Below, piece after piece: positions 1-10,596 of a stretch of DNA of 64,000 nt. Position 1 is the first letter of the stretch; each line of letters starts with the position of its first letter. The stretch comes from Oopsacas minuta (taxonomy: Eukaryota; Animalia; Porifera), in contig JAKMXF010000302.1 of NCBI GenBank assembly GCA_024704765.1, positions 62,001 to 126,000 on the forward strand. The letters run 5' to 3'. Under the pieces are notes generated by a model. It had not been told where the DNA came from, made no database searches, and saw only the letters and a program-made list of their open reading frames with translations. The position numbers and the translations under genes are program-made.

Positions 1-2
1 AT

Positions 3-1088
3 GATATTACTACAGAGCTGTCTGGCTTTGCATTGAACATAAACACGAATACTACTATTAGTAGAATTGAACCTTCAAATTATGACCATTCTCTCTCCCT
101 GATTCCTACAAATGATATTTCCCCTATCCTCCCAGAACCATTTCCTGAGATTTTAGAGCCCAATTATATTGCCCCTGTACCTGTATGTCTCACACCATCA
201 GATGGTACCTCTGCTACGAATTATTCCGATAAAGTTCGCAGAGAATTACCAGATCAGTACCGATCAGCTGGTGTCCCTATCTACTCTGCTTGTCCTTACG
301 GTAGCGGAAGATCTGAGCTTATGGATGCTAGAGGAATAGCTGTACAAAGGAATGCTAAGAGAATATACATTGCAGATAGAGGTAATAATCGTGTACAAGT
401 TTTTCGTGACACAGGGAAATTCGTATTTAGTTTCACTGACATAGAGATGGAAGGTCCAAAAGGTATTTGTATCAAAGAGAACCTTGGATTAGTATTCGTT
501 ACAATGTGCGACAAGAACTCTGTTCATTGTTACTCACTAGATGGTTACTTACTCAGAAAGATAGGTCGTTCAGGTGTGGGACTCTCTCAATTCAATCAGC
601 CCTGTGGTATAGCTACTGATAACATCTGTAAGGTTTATGTGTGTGACTTTGGAAATAATCGTATACAAGTGTTTACTAAGGATTTGAGATGCATAACAAT
701 CCTCACCAATAAAGTTACTGAACCAACAGACGTTAAGATTATTAACGATGTTGTGTACATATTAGATCATAGAAAGTTGTGTGTCAGTACATTCAGTAGG
801 GGAGGAGCCTTCATGAGTGAGATTGTATCTTGTGGACCTGAATCGTACCAGGTTAAACACCCATACTTCTTTGATATCGACTCCAGAGGCAATTTCTTGA
901 TATCAGATCTCTATAACGATTGTATCAAGGTATTCTCTCCGAGTGGTAAATTCCTCTGCGATATTGGGGCCCCTGGAGATGATGAGGGACAATTCATAAG
1001 GCCCACAGGCATTGCACTTGTTGAATCATGTATTGTTACGATATGTGAAAGAGCGAAGAATCAGCTTCAAATTTTCAAACTGGACTGA
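3..1088 (+). CDS. NHL-repeat beta-propeller protein (TRIM71/brat-like C-terminal half), 5'-truncated by the window edge
   Basis: Repeated NHL motifs (IYIADRGNNRVQVF, VYVCDFGNNRIQVF, GQFNQPCGIA, GQFIRPTGIA). The frame is open from base 3; the ORF-track start at 33 is a TTG. Confidence 0.85.
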   Translation, partial: DITTELSGFALNINTNTTISRIEPSNYDHSLSLIPTNDISPILPEPFPEILEPNYIAPVPVCLTPSDGTSATNYSDKVRRELPDQYRSAGVPIYSACPYGSGRSELMDARGIAVQRNAKRIYIADRGNNRVQVFRDTGKFVFSFTDIEMEGPKGICIKENLGLVFVTMCDKNSVHCYSLDGYLLRKIGRSGVGLSQFNQPCGIATDNICKVYVCDFGNNRIQVFTKDLRCITILTNKVTEPTDVKIINDVVYILDHRKLCVSTFSRGGAFMSEIVSCGPESYQVKHPYFFDIDSRGNFLISDLYNDCIKVFSPSGKFLCDIGAPGDDEGQFIRPTGIALVESCIVTICERAKNQLQIFKLD

Positions 1089-1830
1089 TTATAATTATCT
1101 GTTTACTAATACGAATTATTTGGAGTTTTATTGTTGTGCAATTTTTCTATTTCTTACATATTTTAATTATTTCATATTCTTATAATTCTCCTTTATTAAC
1201 TTAATAATATTAGCTCTTATCTTACTATGTCAGAAGTAAACCATCTTCTGCACGGGACTATTACCTTCTTTATACCATTCTGGATTCTGATATGGATCTC
1301 AGCCTGTGTGTTTGGCAGAATAAAACAGTGTAAATCTCCAAATTAGATTACCTAAACTGATGGAAAATTTCTTTTAAATGTTTATAAATTTTATTTGTTG
1401 TTAATGATTGCTTAATGCAAAATTGGAAATCAATTGTTTATTTTTTTTTTGTATTATTGTCTTGAGAGTTTTACATTTGAATGAACCATAGTAACTAAGG
1501 ATTATAAAGGAATGTTAATACGTATTATTTACTTTATAATTTTCTTTAACACATTCCATACGAACTTATAACTGTTGCCATGCAAATGAACTATGTGTAA
1601 CAAGATACTATTAGCTGTAGAACTCTTACAAATACACAGTATCACCACATTATTACGATTTACTGGAAACAGTAGGAATGTGGATAAAATATCAACATTC
1701 CAATGTGTATCTAGTGAAGCGACAATAAATCCATTATACAATATAATAGCTAAAAACCACTTTTCATAGAAATAACTTTACTTATTGTACTTACATTGTT
1801 TGTTGATAATCTAATAATTTATTAGTTCAT

Positions 1831-3345
1831 ATGATGGAAGAAGAATTGAGCTATTACAAAATGCCTCGTACAGGAGAGAGAGACCTGATTCAAACTCTTA
1901 ATAATCGTCTACAGGATTATATCGAGAAAGTGAAGAGTTCTTCAGAACAAGAGGATCTTGAGCCCAGACTAGATGAGTTGGTACGTAACCGAGATAATGA
2001 CATAGACTCTATCAAGAGTAACTACGCAGAGAATCTGATGGCTGCTCGTAGAACTCTAGATGAGACTGCTAAGGAGAAGGCTCAGTACCAGCTACATAGT
2101 ATCAGCTTGAAGACACAAATAGAGAAAGCTAAGCTGAATATTGCTCGCCTGAAGAGTGAGAATGCTGAAACCGACAATAAGCTGAAACAAATAGATGCAG
2201 AGACTGAGAGAGCTGAGCAAGAGAAATTAGAGGCAGAAAACGAGAAGGAAGAACTGGAGAAGAAGAAGATAACTCTAGAAGCTGCTATACAATCTAAGAG
2301 GCATTTGATTGATGAAGCTAAACTGGCACGAGTAGACACTCAGAACAAACTACAAACTCAAAGGGAAGAAGTAGAATTCTCTCGTAAACTACTCCAATCA
2401 GAGACAGAACACGAGGAGCACCTCAAGGATCAGCTGATTGCTCACTTCGGCAAGAGTGAAGCTGATCTACAAGCTGATATCCAGCAGAGACTGGAGGTAG
2501 CTATTTCTAATCTTACCGCCCGCACACAGAAGGATCTGCTAAATTATCGCGATGATTTAGAGACTCATTTCAGTGACAAGAAGCATTCTCTAGAACAGGA
2601 TATTGAATTGCTGCAGGAGAGAATCGAAGTTATACAGAAGGAAATACAGCGATTAAGTCATCTACAGAGTAGTTGTGACAAGAGAGAGACTAGCATACGT
2701 GAGAGAATGAAGTTCTTAAATGTGAAACTACAGCAACAGAAGGACCTGATAGAAGTAGATATACAGAGTCATGCTGAGAAAAAGCGCGATTTAGAAGAGA
2801 CAGCTCTCAGTATTGAACAGAATTATTTACAACAAATTGAAGAGTTGAGAGGATTACTAGAGCTTAGAAACGGATTAGATTTAGAGGTAGAGACCTACAA
2901 GAGAATGCTGAATGATGAAGAGAGACGGCTAAGCATACGGTTAGTTCATATTTGTAACGAAGGGGATCAATACACTACAGATAATCCCACTACTTCTGTG
3001 AATAACGAGTTCAGCTGCTCATTCGTAATCAGTCAAGTAGATTCTACTGGTAAATTCGTAGAGATAACTAATCCCAGTGATACTCTCCTCTCTCTTGCTA
3101 ATCACAAGATTAGAAATTCAGCTGGAGATTCTGAACAAGTTTACAAGTTCCATCAGCGTCATAGGATAGCTCCAGGCGGTGCTATGAAGGTGTGGGCACA
3201 TTGTCCAGAGGCGGTACGTGACCCTCCTAATGACATCATATGGAAGAAAGGGTCAGCTTGGAATATAGCAGCTGGGCAGATTGAACTTCTTAATGAAGCT
3301 GGTGAGGTTATCTCTTCCTATGAAAAGGATGCACCTCTGACCTAA
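1831..3345 (+). CDS. Lamin-type intermediate filament protein (long rod plus lamin-tail Ig domain), no CaaX
   Basis: IF rod start LNNRLQDYIEKV, rod end LEVETYKRMLNDEERRL, and lamin-tail-domain motifs (SQVDSTGKFVEITN, VKVWA, LLNEAGEVIS). Ends in DAPLT*. Confidence 0.9.
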   Translation: MMEEELSYYKMPRTGERDLIQTLNNRLQDYIEKVKSSSEQEDLEPRLDELVRNRDNDIDSIKSNYAENLMAARRTLDETAKEKAQYQLHSISLKTQIEKAKLNIARLKSENAETDNKLKQIDAETERAEQEKLEAENEKEELEKKKITLEAAIQSKRHLIDEAKLARVDTQNKLQTQREEVEFSRKLLQSETEHEEHLKDQLIAHFGKSEADLQADIQQRLEVAISNLTARTQKDLLNYRDDLETHFSDKKHSLEQDIELLQERIEVIQKEIQRLSHLQSSCDKRETSIRERMKFLNVKLQQQKDLIEVDIQSHAEKKRDLEETALSIEQNYLQQIEELRGLLELRNGLDLEVETYKRMLNDEERRLSIRLVHICNEGDQYTTDNPTTSVNNEFSCSFVISQVDSTGKFVEITNPSDTLLSLANHKIRNSAGDSEQVYKFHQRHRIAPGGAMKVWAHCPEAVRDPPNDIIWKKGSAWNIAAGQIELLNEAGEVISSYEKDAPLT

Positions 3346-3888
3346 CTCTACACATTACATCACTATAATTAGTTCTGTTCTATAGATTATTATTATTCTA
3401 AGCTCTAAGTTGTATATACACTTATTCCTTATATTCATGTATCATCCTGCTCTCTCTAATATTTGTTACTTGTCTATCTTTATTGCAATGAAAGGATTTA
3501 CATTATTTTACTAGAAATGGCAATATTTAGAGTGGAACATATTACGATGCTATATTTAGAGTGTCCGGATTATACAATTGAATCTAAACTTGCATTATAA
3601 TATGACATTTGGAATTGTTAATTAAATCATTCATCACGAGAACTAAAGGTCAGATTAGTTCCATATCGTAAAGCTAATGTATCCTACTAGCGTGTTAGAT
3701 TCATATATTCTATGAGCCGCATTGGGAAGCCGTTATAGATAATATTGTGGCTTTCTACCTAGGACTATCAGTTAGTGTCTATATATGTAGATCTCGCATG
3801 TTGTGCTTCATTTGACAACTATATAAACACTATATTCTATACATTATTAATTAATATAACCGATAGTATTAGATATAAAGTATTAGAA

Positions 3889-6657
3889 ATGGCAACACAA
3901 CCTCCCAGGTTAAGATCCAGATCATTAGCCAGTCGACCTGTCCGCCGCTCCACCCCCGCTCCTCTCATTTCGACACATAGTTCTACCTCGTCGGGCTCTT
4001 TTGTTGACTTATTCAAACAGCTGAGTCTAAAGGAGATGAAGATGCACGCTCCCTCTATTTGGAAACATGAGCTTGGTGCATTGAATGAAGACTGCTCGGG
4101 GCCTTTAGGAGTTAGTCAGGATAACTACACCAAAGACTACGTGCAGATAATCAGTCATCTGGATGTAGCAACCAAATTCTACAGCTCAGAACGTGCTGAT
4201 ACAGATAAACAATTCTACACAGTCTTGCTACTTATGAGAGTAGTGACGGATATCATGAAACAGCTGATGGATGAAATGTTCGTGATAGCACCTAATTACG
4301 ACTTTATTGACAATAACAATGAACCTGTTATAGGTAATGGGTATAGGACATTACTACATACTTCTGAGCGATGTTTGAAGGCTTGTCTGAGAGATTTGCA
4401 AGATTTCGCTAAGGCTAGAAGTAGTCGTAGTTATAACTGTAATAAGCATTACAGACACCTGACTACTGTATACAGACTGTTACTAGCTAAAGTACTGCTA
4501 ATCGACCAATCTCTGCAAATACAGATGTATTCTAAACAGGATTGTCTTCTTGCAGACAGAGATAAGCTACCTGATGGATTCATAGACAGAGCTATAGCGT
4601 TACCTATTGAGAACTTCTACGGTAGACATATGGGTCTACAGTACTCTAATCTATTGAGACCAATTCTTAACATGCTTGTGGTAGCCATGGTAACCCTTCA
4701 TGACTGTAAGAACACGACTAATGAGAACATCATCCAGCAGGCAGCTTCTACAATGGTATACGGGGGTCAGTATATGCTGGGAGATCCTGAAGTTAGAGCC
4801 AAGAAGGTAGCCAGGATGTCTATTGAATCTGATATAAGATTTACTAAGAATTTCTGGTCTATTTCAGAGAGTATAAGTGTGAGAGAGGTTATGGGTATGT
4901 TAGGACATCCTGCTGGCCTATCAGAGGAGATTACTATAGCAGCTAAACCTATAGAGTATGTAGGAGAGAATGGTCATAAGGTAGTGCTTACTCCCCCATT
5001 CAAGGGGATGGGATATGAACCTCTGCGTGCTCGTCTTATCTCTTATCTCTGGAGAGATGGACAGGAGAGAACTTCTAACCTTCTAACCCGCAAGCCTAAC
5101 TTGTACGCCAAAGCTTCTGGTCTCATAATCCATTTCCATGGTGGTGGATTTGTAGCACAATCCCCTAAATCCCATGAACTGTATCTCCGCTCCTGGTCCG
5201 AGCATCTGAACGTACCTATTCTCTCAGTAGACTATTCTAAGGCTCCGGAGGGACACTACCCCAGACCTATGGAAGAGGGCGTGTTCGCGTATACCTGGGC
5301 TCTACTGAACCTACACAAACTAGGTACCACAGGAGAGCGTATTATAATCGCTGGAGATTCTGCTGGAGGCAATATCTCTCTAGCAACAAGTCTGAAGGTT
5401 GTAAGTTTAGGGATACGTCCTCCTGACTCCATCTGTATAGCTTATCCCGTTACTTATATCGACAGAATTCCTAGTCCTTCTCGTATGCTGAGTTTGCTAG
5501 ACCCTGTCCTACCGTTTGGAATTCTACTCAGTTGTTTAAGTGCATACACAGGAGAGATTAATCAGATGTTAGATATAGATAATGATAAGAAGAGAGAAAT
5601 GGTGTGTGATCTATCTCGCTTCGCAAAGGAATTAGATTTGAAATCTAATCCGTTCTTATACGAAAGTTCTCACTCACTCCTCCCTAAATCTACTCCTAAG
5701 CGTCCTGCCCCTCCATTCTCCCGTACCAATAGTGACGGAGCTATAGTTCAATTCGAATCAGACACAGACTCTACGAAATCATTTGATATGTATAGCATAT
5801 CAGATTTAGACTGTTTCCATGATATACCAGAAACCATGAGCTTCTCTTCCTGCGAGACTCTAACTGGCAGCTTTACTACAACAGATAATTGTGACGTCAA
5901 ACCAAAGCGTATACCTCCTCCCAGACCCCCTCCTCCTAAGGACAGCTCTCACTCTATCGCCTCTTTTCGCTCTCTGGACATTGTAGTATCAGAAGAGATT
6001 GAGTGTCCCAACTACCTTCCTACACCCAAACCTATATACTACTCCGTAGCTCATCTAGCTAACGCACTAGCTAAGCCTTATGACGTAGTTAAGAAGCAAG
6101 ATGCTGTTGCTAATACCATGGATTCATCTGACTACATATCCTCTAGTTCGGATGATGAGAGAGCTCTAGCTCTCATTGAGCAGTCAGAACAAGATAGTTA
6201 TCATTCCTGTGATGATGATTCTGGATCTGAGGATGAGTTGAATAAACTAGAGGATTTATTGTGTGTGAAGTGTAAGCAAGTTGTGTCTAATTTCCGAGAG
6301 AGTGCTCCTAATGGGACTATTGATAATCTATTCAATGGTACTAAGAACACAGAGCAAAACACTAATTCACTCAAATCAGATCCATTCCTATCTCCCTATC
6401 TTGCTACTCCAGAAATGTTCCAAGGTATGCCTCCTGTCTATATCTATGCTAGTGCTCTGGACCCTCTTCTAGATGATTCTGTAGAATTTGCTAAGAAACT
6501 TAAAGCTATCGGCCATCCAGTCTATCTGTCAATTTCTCAAACTCTCCCTCACGGGTTCCTTTCCCTGGCACTCTCTCAAAAGTCAGGACCTGGAGAAGCG
6601 AACGAACTATTCATGCAGTATTTGAGACAAGCCCTTCTTAATGAGGAAGATGACTAA
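3889..6657 (+). CDS. LIPE: Hormone-sensitive lipase
   Basis: HSL N-terminal domain (FYGRHMGLQY), HFHGGGF oxyanion motif, GDSAGG nucleophile, LDPLLDDS Asp and HGFL His. Intronless; first ATG is at 3889 (the track start 3775 is GTG). Confidence 0.92.
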   Translation: MATQPPRLRSRSLASRPVRRSTPAPLISTHSSTSSGSFVDLFKQLSLKEMKMHAPSIWKHELGALNEDCSGPLGVSQDNYTKDYVQIISHLDVATKFYSSERADTDKQFYTVLLLMRVVTDIMKQLMDEMFVIAPNYDFIDNNNEPVIGNGYRTLLHTSERCLKACLRDLQDFAKARSSRSYNCNKHYRHLTTVYRLLLAKVLLIDQSLQIQMYSKQDCLLADRDKLPDGFIDRAIALPIENFYGRHMGLQYSNLLRPILNMLVVAMVTLHDCKNTTNENIIQQAASTMVYGGQYMLGDPEVRAKKVARMSIESDIRFTKNFWSISESISVREVMGMLGHPAGLSEEITIAAKPIEYVGENGHKVVLTPPFKGMGYEPLRARLISYLWRDGQERTSNLLTRKPNLYAKASGLIIHFHGGGFVAQSPKSHELYLRSWSEHLNVPILSVDYSKAPEGHYPRPMEEGVFAYTWALLNLHKLGTTGERIIIAGDSAGGNISLATSLKVVSLGIRPPDSICIAYPVTYIDRIPSPSRMLSLLDPVLPFGILLSCLSAYTGEINQMLDIDNDKKREMVCDLSRFAKELDLKSNPFLYESSHSLLPKSTPKRPAPPFSRTNSDGAIVQFESDTDSTKSFDMYSISDLDCFHDIPETMSFSSCETLTGSFTTTDNCDVKPKRIPPPRPPPPKDSSHSIASFRSLDIVVSEEIECPNYLPTPKPIYYSVAHLANALAKPYDVVKKQDAVANTMDSSDYISSSSDDERALALIEQSEQDSYHSCDDDSGSEDELNKLEDLLCVKCKQVVSNFRESAPNGTIDNLFNGTKNTEQNTNSLKSDPFLSPYLATPEMFQGMPPVYIYASALDPLLDDSVEFAKKLKAIGHPVYLSISQTLPHGFLSLALSQKSGPGEANELFMQYLRQALLNEEDD

Positions 6658-6948
6658 TAAGAATCTCTCTTTTCTATCTAGCCCCTATTTACAATACACG
6701 AGCTTATTTGTACCTCTGTTATCAGCTATTGCTTCTCGTAACGAAAACTTTCAGTTTCGGAGAAATTTATATATTCCAATTCCAGCTTCTTAAAATAGAA
6801 AATTTCAATTATTGATTACTTTTACTACCAACAATTGTTATTTGAGAATTCCTAATAATAAAATACTTTTTGATTTATGCAACAAGCAACTGCCATTGAT
6901 GAATTTACATTGTTAGCTATTAGTGTGACATCATATATCAGCTGTATC

Positions 6949-7863
6949 ATGCATAGCCGCGTATTTGTAGCCGCAGTATCCTTAGTAACACCATCGGCTA
7001 TATGTTATGTATACTCACGGGAAGACATGCCAGGTGCTGATACAGTCAGAAGACTGTTTGGCAGAATATCAGTACTGTGCTCCAATGGAATTGGCACAGG
7101 AGAGGATAGCACAATAGTGGACACTTCATTCTACACGAAATATATCACATGGGACGATAATTGGGACAGACGAGAGCCTGTAAGCGGGAAGGAGAGGGAT
7201 TCAAAGGAAAGTGGTCCCCCTGATTCCAGTGGTGCTGATGCTTTTGATAAGAAGAACGAGAGAGTTGAAAAACCAACTGCTACTCGTAATTTGATTCTCA
7301 TACGTCACGGACAGTATGATTTATCAGGTAGTGAGGATGCTCATAAAACATTGACAGAGCTAGGAAAACTTCAAGCTAAACAAACAGGCCTTAGACTTAA
7401 AGAGATGGGAGTTATATTCGAGAAAATAATATACTCTACTATGACACGGGCTACAGAGACAGCTAAGATAATATCCTTGAGCTCTCCTGATATACCAATA
7501 CAGAGCTGTGAAATGTTACGAGAGGGAGCACCTTATAGACCTGATCCCACCCTCCGTCACTGGAAGCCTACTAATCGTCAGTTCTTCCAGGACGGAGCTC
7601 GTACCGAGGCAGCCTTTAGGAAATATTTCTACCGAGCTAGTCCTGATCAGAAAGAGAATACCACAGAGGTATTGGTGTGTCATGCTAATGTAATTCGTTA
7701 TTTCGTGTGTAGAGCCCTGCAGCTGCCTCCAGAGGCATGGCTGAGGATGAGTGTTGGCAATTGTAGCTTAACATTTATCACTATACGTCCTAATGGTCGT
7801 GTATCACTACGAGGCATGGGGGACACTGGTCATCTACCACATGATAATGTTACATTCAATTGA
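6949..7863 (+). CDS. PGAM5: Mitochondrial Ser/Thr phosphatase PGAM5
   Basis: WDDNWD regulatory motif, LIRHGQY, STMTRATET and VCHANVIRYFVCRALQ. Start uncertain (6877 or 6949). Confidence 0.93.
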   Translation: MHSRVFVAAVSLVTPSAICYVYSREDMPGADTVRRLFGRISVLCSNGIGTGEDSTIVDTSFYTKYITWDDNWDRREPVSGKERDSKESGPPDSSGADAFDKKNERVEKPTATRNLILIRHGQYDLSGSEDAHKTLTELGKLQAKQTGLRLKEMGVIFEKIIYSTMTRATETAKIISLSSPDIPIQSCEMLREGAPYRPDPTLRHWKPTNRQFFQDGARTEAAFRKYFYRASPDQKENTTEVLVCHANVIRYFVCRALQLPPEAWLRMSVGNCSLTFITIRPNGRVSLRGMGDTGHLPHDNVTFN

Positions 7864-8027
7864 GTGCTATTTGAATTGAAAATATTCGAGAATATCTAGA
7901 TTGTATTTACAGAGAGGATATGTTACATAAATTTGGGTAGATTTATTATTGTTAAAATGTAACGGAGCAATAAATATACATATATATTAATTACATTATA
8001 TATCTAATCGTGGCTAACTTGCTTGTA

Positions 8028-8645
8028 TCACAATTCGTTCTGCATAAGAAGAGGAGATCTGTCTGGTTCTAAGAGAGGATCGTCATCTTCGTCCCAGAAG
8101 AACCCCTGGTCCTCTCTCCCCCCTAAATAACTTGTCTCTATCCTTGTTGTTCTTGCCCATTCTATTTTACAAAACACTGCAAAATCCTCTGAATTTGAGA
8201 ATTTATGGTACTCCAGATGGCTAGGATTGTTTGCTATATATGCTGCTATGTTTATAACGTCATCTGGAGCCTTAAGATTCGATCGCTCATCGTACATAAC
8301 TCGATACAGGTTGTAATTAGAAGAGAACTTGAGTATATCTATGATCGAGCAGTTCTCTCTCTTCCCTTTCCTCTCATACAAAGCTACTTTAAGAAACATC
8401 TCATTCATAGGATCATTATCTAATAATATTCCATGAACATATCTCGTCTTCTTGAAGCACGGGGCTATGCATAGAAAAGGTTCTATCTTCTCTACCACTA
8501 TATGTTCTGCTGCATTCAGAGCGCTTATCTCTGATACCAGCTCAATCTCTAGCTCTGTGGCATTCGGGCTTATTTCTTGTAAATATTGATTGCTGTAAGA
8601 ACTAGTGCCGTTCTGCTGTCTCCTTCGATTGAAACGTCTGAACAT
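8028..8645 (-). CDS. LRAT/NC-domain protein with Cys-to-Ser change (FAM84/LRATD-like)
   Basis: YVHGILL resembles the LRAT HxGIY motif. PDDVINIA...Y...NSEDFAVFCK matches the NCEHF region with Ser in place of the catalytic Cys. Confidence 0.6.
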   Translation of the reverse strand: MFRRFNRRRQQNGTSSYSNQYLQEISPNATELEIELVSEISALNAAEHIVVEKIEPFLCIAPCFKKTRYVHGILLDNDPMNEMFLKVALYERKGKRENCSIIDILKFSSNYNLYRVMYDERSNLKAPDDVINIAAYIANNPSHLEYHKFSNSEDFAVFCKIEWARTTRIETSYLGGREDQGFFWDEDDDPLLEPDRSPLLMQNEL

Positions 8646-9201
8646 GATGTCTATCTGAATAACTACTACTACACCAACTGATTAATTGTGTCGTTCTAGT
8701 CACAACTTATAACTTATTCCATTATTGCATTGTACGAATGGTAAATAATTTGCCAAATTAGAACAGAGCTAAGTTTCAATCGAGTGTGCATACTATGCCA
8801 TTTCTGAATAGGTGAATAATTAGGATAACTTATTATGACCACTTCTTTCCGGGGATTCCTTCACATTAGCAATTCCTTGCTGGCAATGATGGCAATCATA
8901 ACAACAAAATATACAAGTTGTATAAGTGAATTCCTATGTTACAACTTGTATCTAGGCAATACACACAACAAGTGTAATCGATCACTTTAACCACTTAAGT
9001 TATTGCATTCCATTTGCTAACATTAGCATGCTAACAACCTAATATACCTATAAGTGTATATAATTAAGCCAATTATAATTAAACTGTGTAATACTCACTA
9101 GTGTGATTAAGATTCTGTATTTGTATTGATTTACCAACAAAATTTACAATTATCCATTACGTAGGAATCTTATAACATAATCATTTATCACTAGCTGTTG
9201 A

Positions 9202-10428
9202 ATGTCACAAAGGTACATTGATCTGTCTTCAGATGATGATGGAAGGAGAGAAGCTGATGCTAAGAGGAAGGTATGTCATTATTTAATTAGTTATTATCCT
9301 CTATTTTATATTTATACTTATAGGCTTACAAACGTCGATCTCTTGGAGGCCCAATTTATAGCAGGGAGCACTTTATGAGTGAGATAATGAGCTATACAGA
9401 TGAAGAGTTGTTCCAACAACTCAAGAGATATAATTTTGACTGTGGACCTATTTCCGGCAGTACACGAAAAGTGTACCAAAAGAAACTAGCAGATAAGATG
9501 GTGGAGGGTCCCCCTCCCCCTCCTCCCAAGGTGCAGAGACGCTCCATGGGTCCAACCATCCGATCTCTGCCCGCTAAACTACCTGGCCCCGAGCCAGAAG
9601 ACGATATGATATCAGGTTCATCTGGCAGCGACATAGAAACCCAGGACTTTCAACCTGACTATTATCATAAGTTAGATATTCATTGGTAGCAAATTTATGT
9701 AATGATATTATTATGTGTGTTTATTTGCTAGACGCCGTATACAGGAAGATCCTACTCAAAGTCTCCCAAACAGCAAATCTCACAAAAAGAATGTGTGTCC
9801 TGACCTCAGTCACGAGACTTTGTTACCCTCGATTCAACTTAAAAGAATTGAGAAGGACAAGAGGTCCTCCCCTCCCCCGGAGGAGATTAACAAACATCCT
9901 CTGAAAATCCAACCAATGCACAAAGAGAGCGTAAAACCAAGACCAAAGAATACGAGCACAGGTACAGCTTCAAAAGATGATGTTTCTATTTGGGTACAAA
10001 TTATTATCTTATTAATCTGTTTGTTTGTAACCGTATTCTTTCTAACTTACATCCAGTCTGCTGAGACTCTTCCTAACCCTCCTGATCTGACTGATATACC
10101 CCCGGCTGTCGTAGATACAGAGCCTCTGGTTGATCCCATCCCTATCCCTGTCAGTCAGAATAGTACCCAACCCCCCACCCCTCCTCCAGAACACAACTCT
10201 ACAATAGAACTAGAATCTCCTCCAATAGAATCAGAATCTCCTCCAATTGAATCAGATCCTCCAATAGAATCAGATCCTCCAATAGAATCAGATCCTCCAA
10301 TGGAATCAGAATCTCCTCCAATAGAATCAGATCCTCCAAAAGATTCTAATAGTGACAAGAAATCTAAGAGGAAGAAAAAGTCTTCCTCCATCAAAGATAA
10401 AAGTTCTATAAAGGAAAGCACAAGATAA
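9202..10428 (+). CDS. LEM-domain inner nuclear membrane protein (emerin/LAP2-like), 3 exons, ~370 aa
   Basis: Exons 9202-9270, 9324-9670 and 9732-10428 join in frame across GT-AG introns of 53 and 61 nt. LEM motif YTDEELFQQLKRYNFDCGPISGSTRKVYQKKL, then one TM helix (IWVQIIILLICLFVTVFFLTYI). Confidence 0.82.
10204..10338 (+). repeat. Coding minisatellite of 18/21-nt units encoding PPIES(D/ES)
   Basis: About 7 tandem units of CCTCCAATAGAATCAGAT / ...GAATCT within the LEM gene. Confidence 0.9.
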
Positions 10429-10596
10429 CAAAGTAGCAATTCCCCTCACAAATTACATTACGTTACTAATTACCAATTAATCTAGTTTGATAGATTTTAC
10501 TGAATTTAATATAACTTTACTTTTGTGTATAGAATATATTTATGTTACTTATTGTATTTGCACGACACATAACATCTAATTAAACTACTCTATAGA

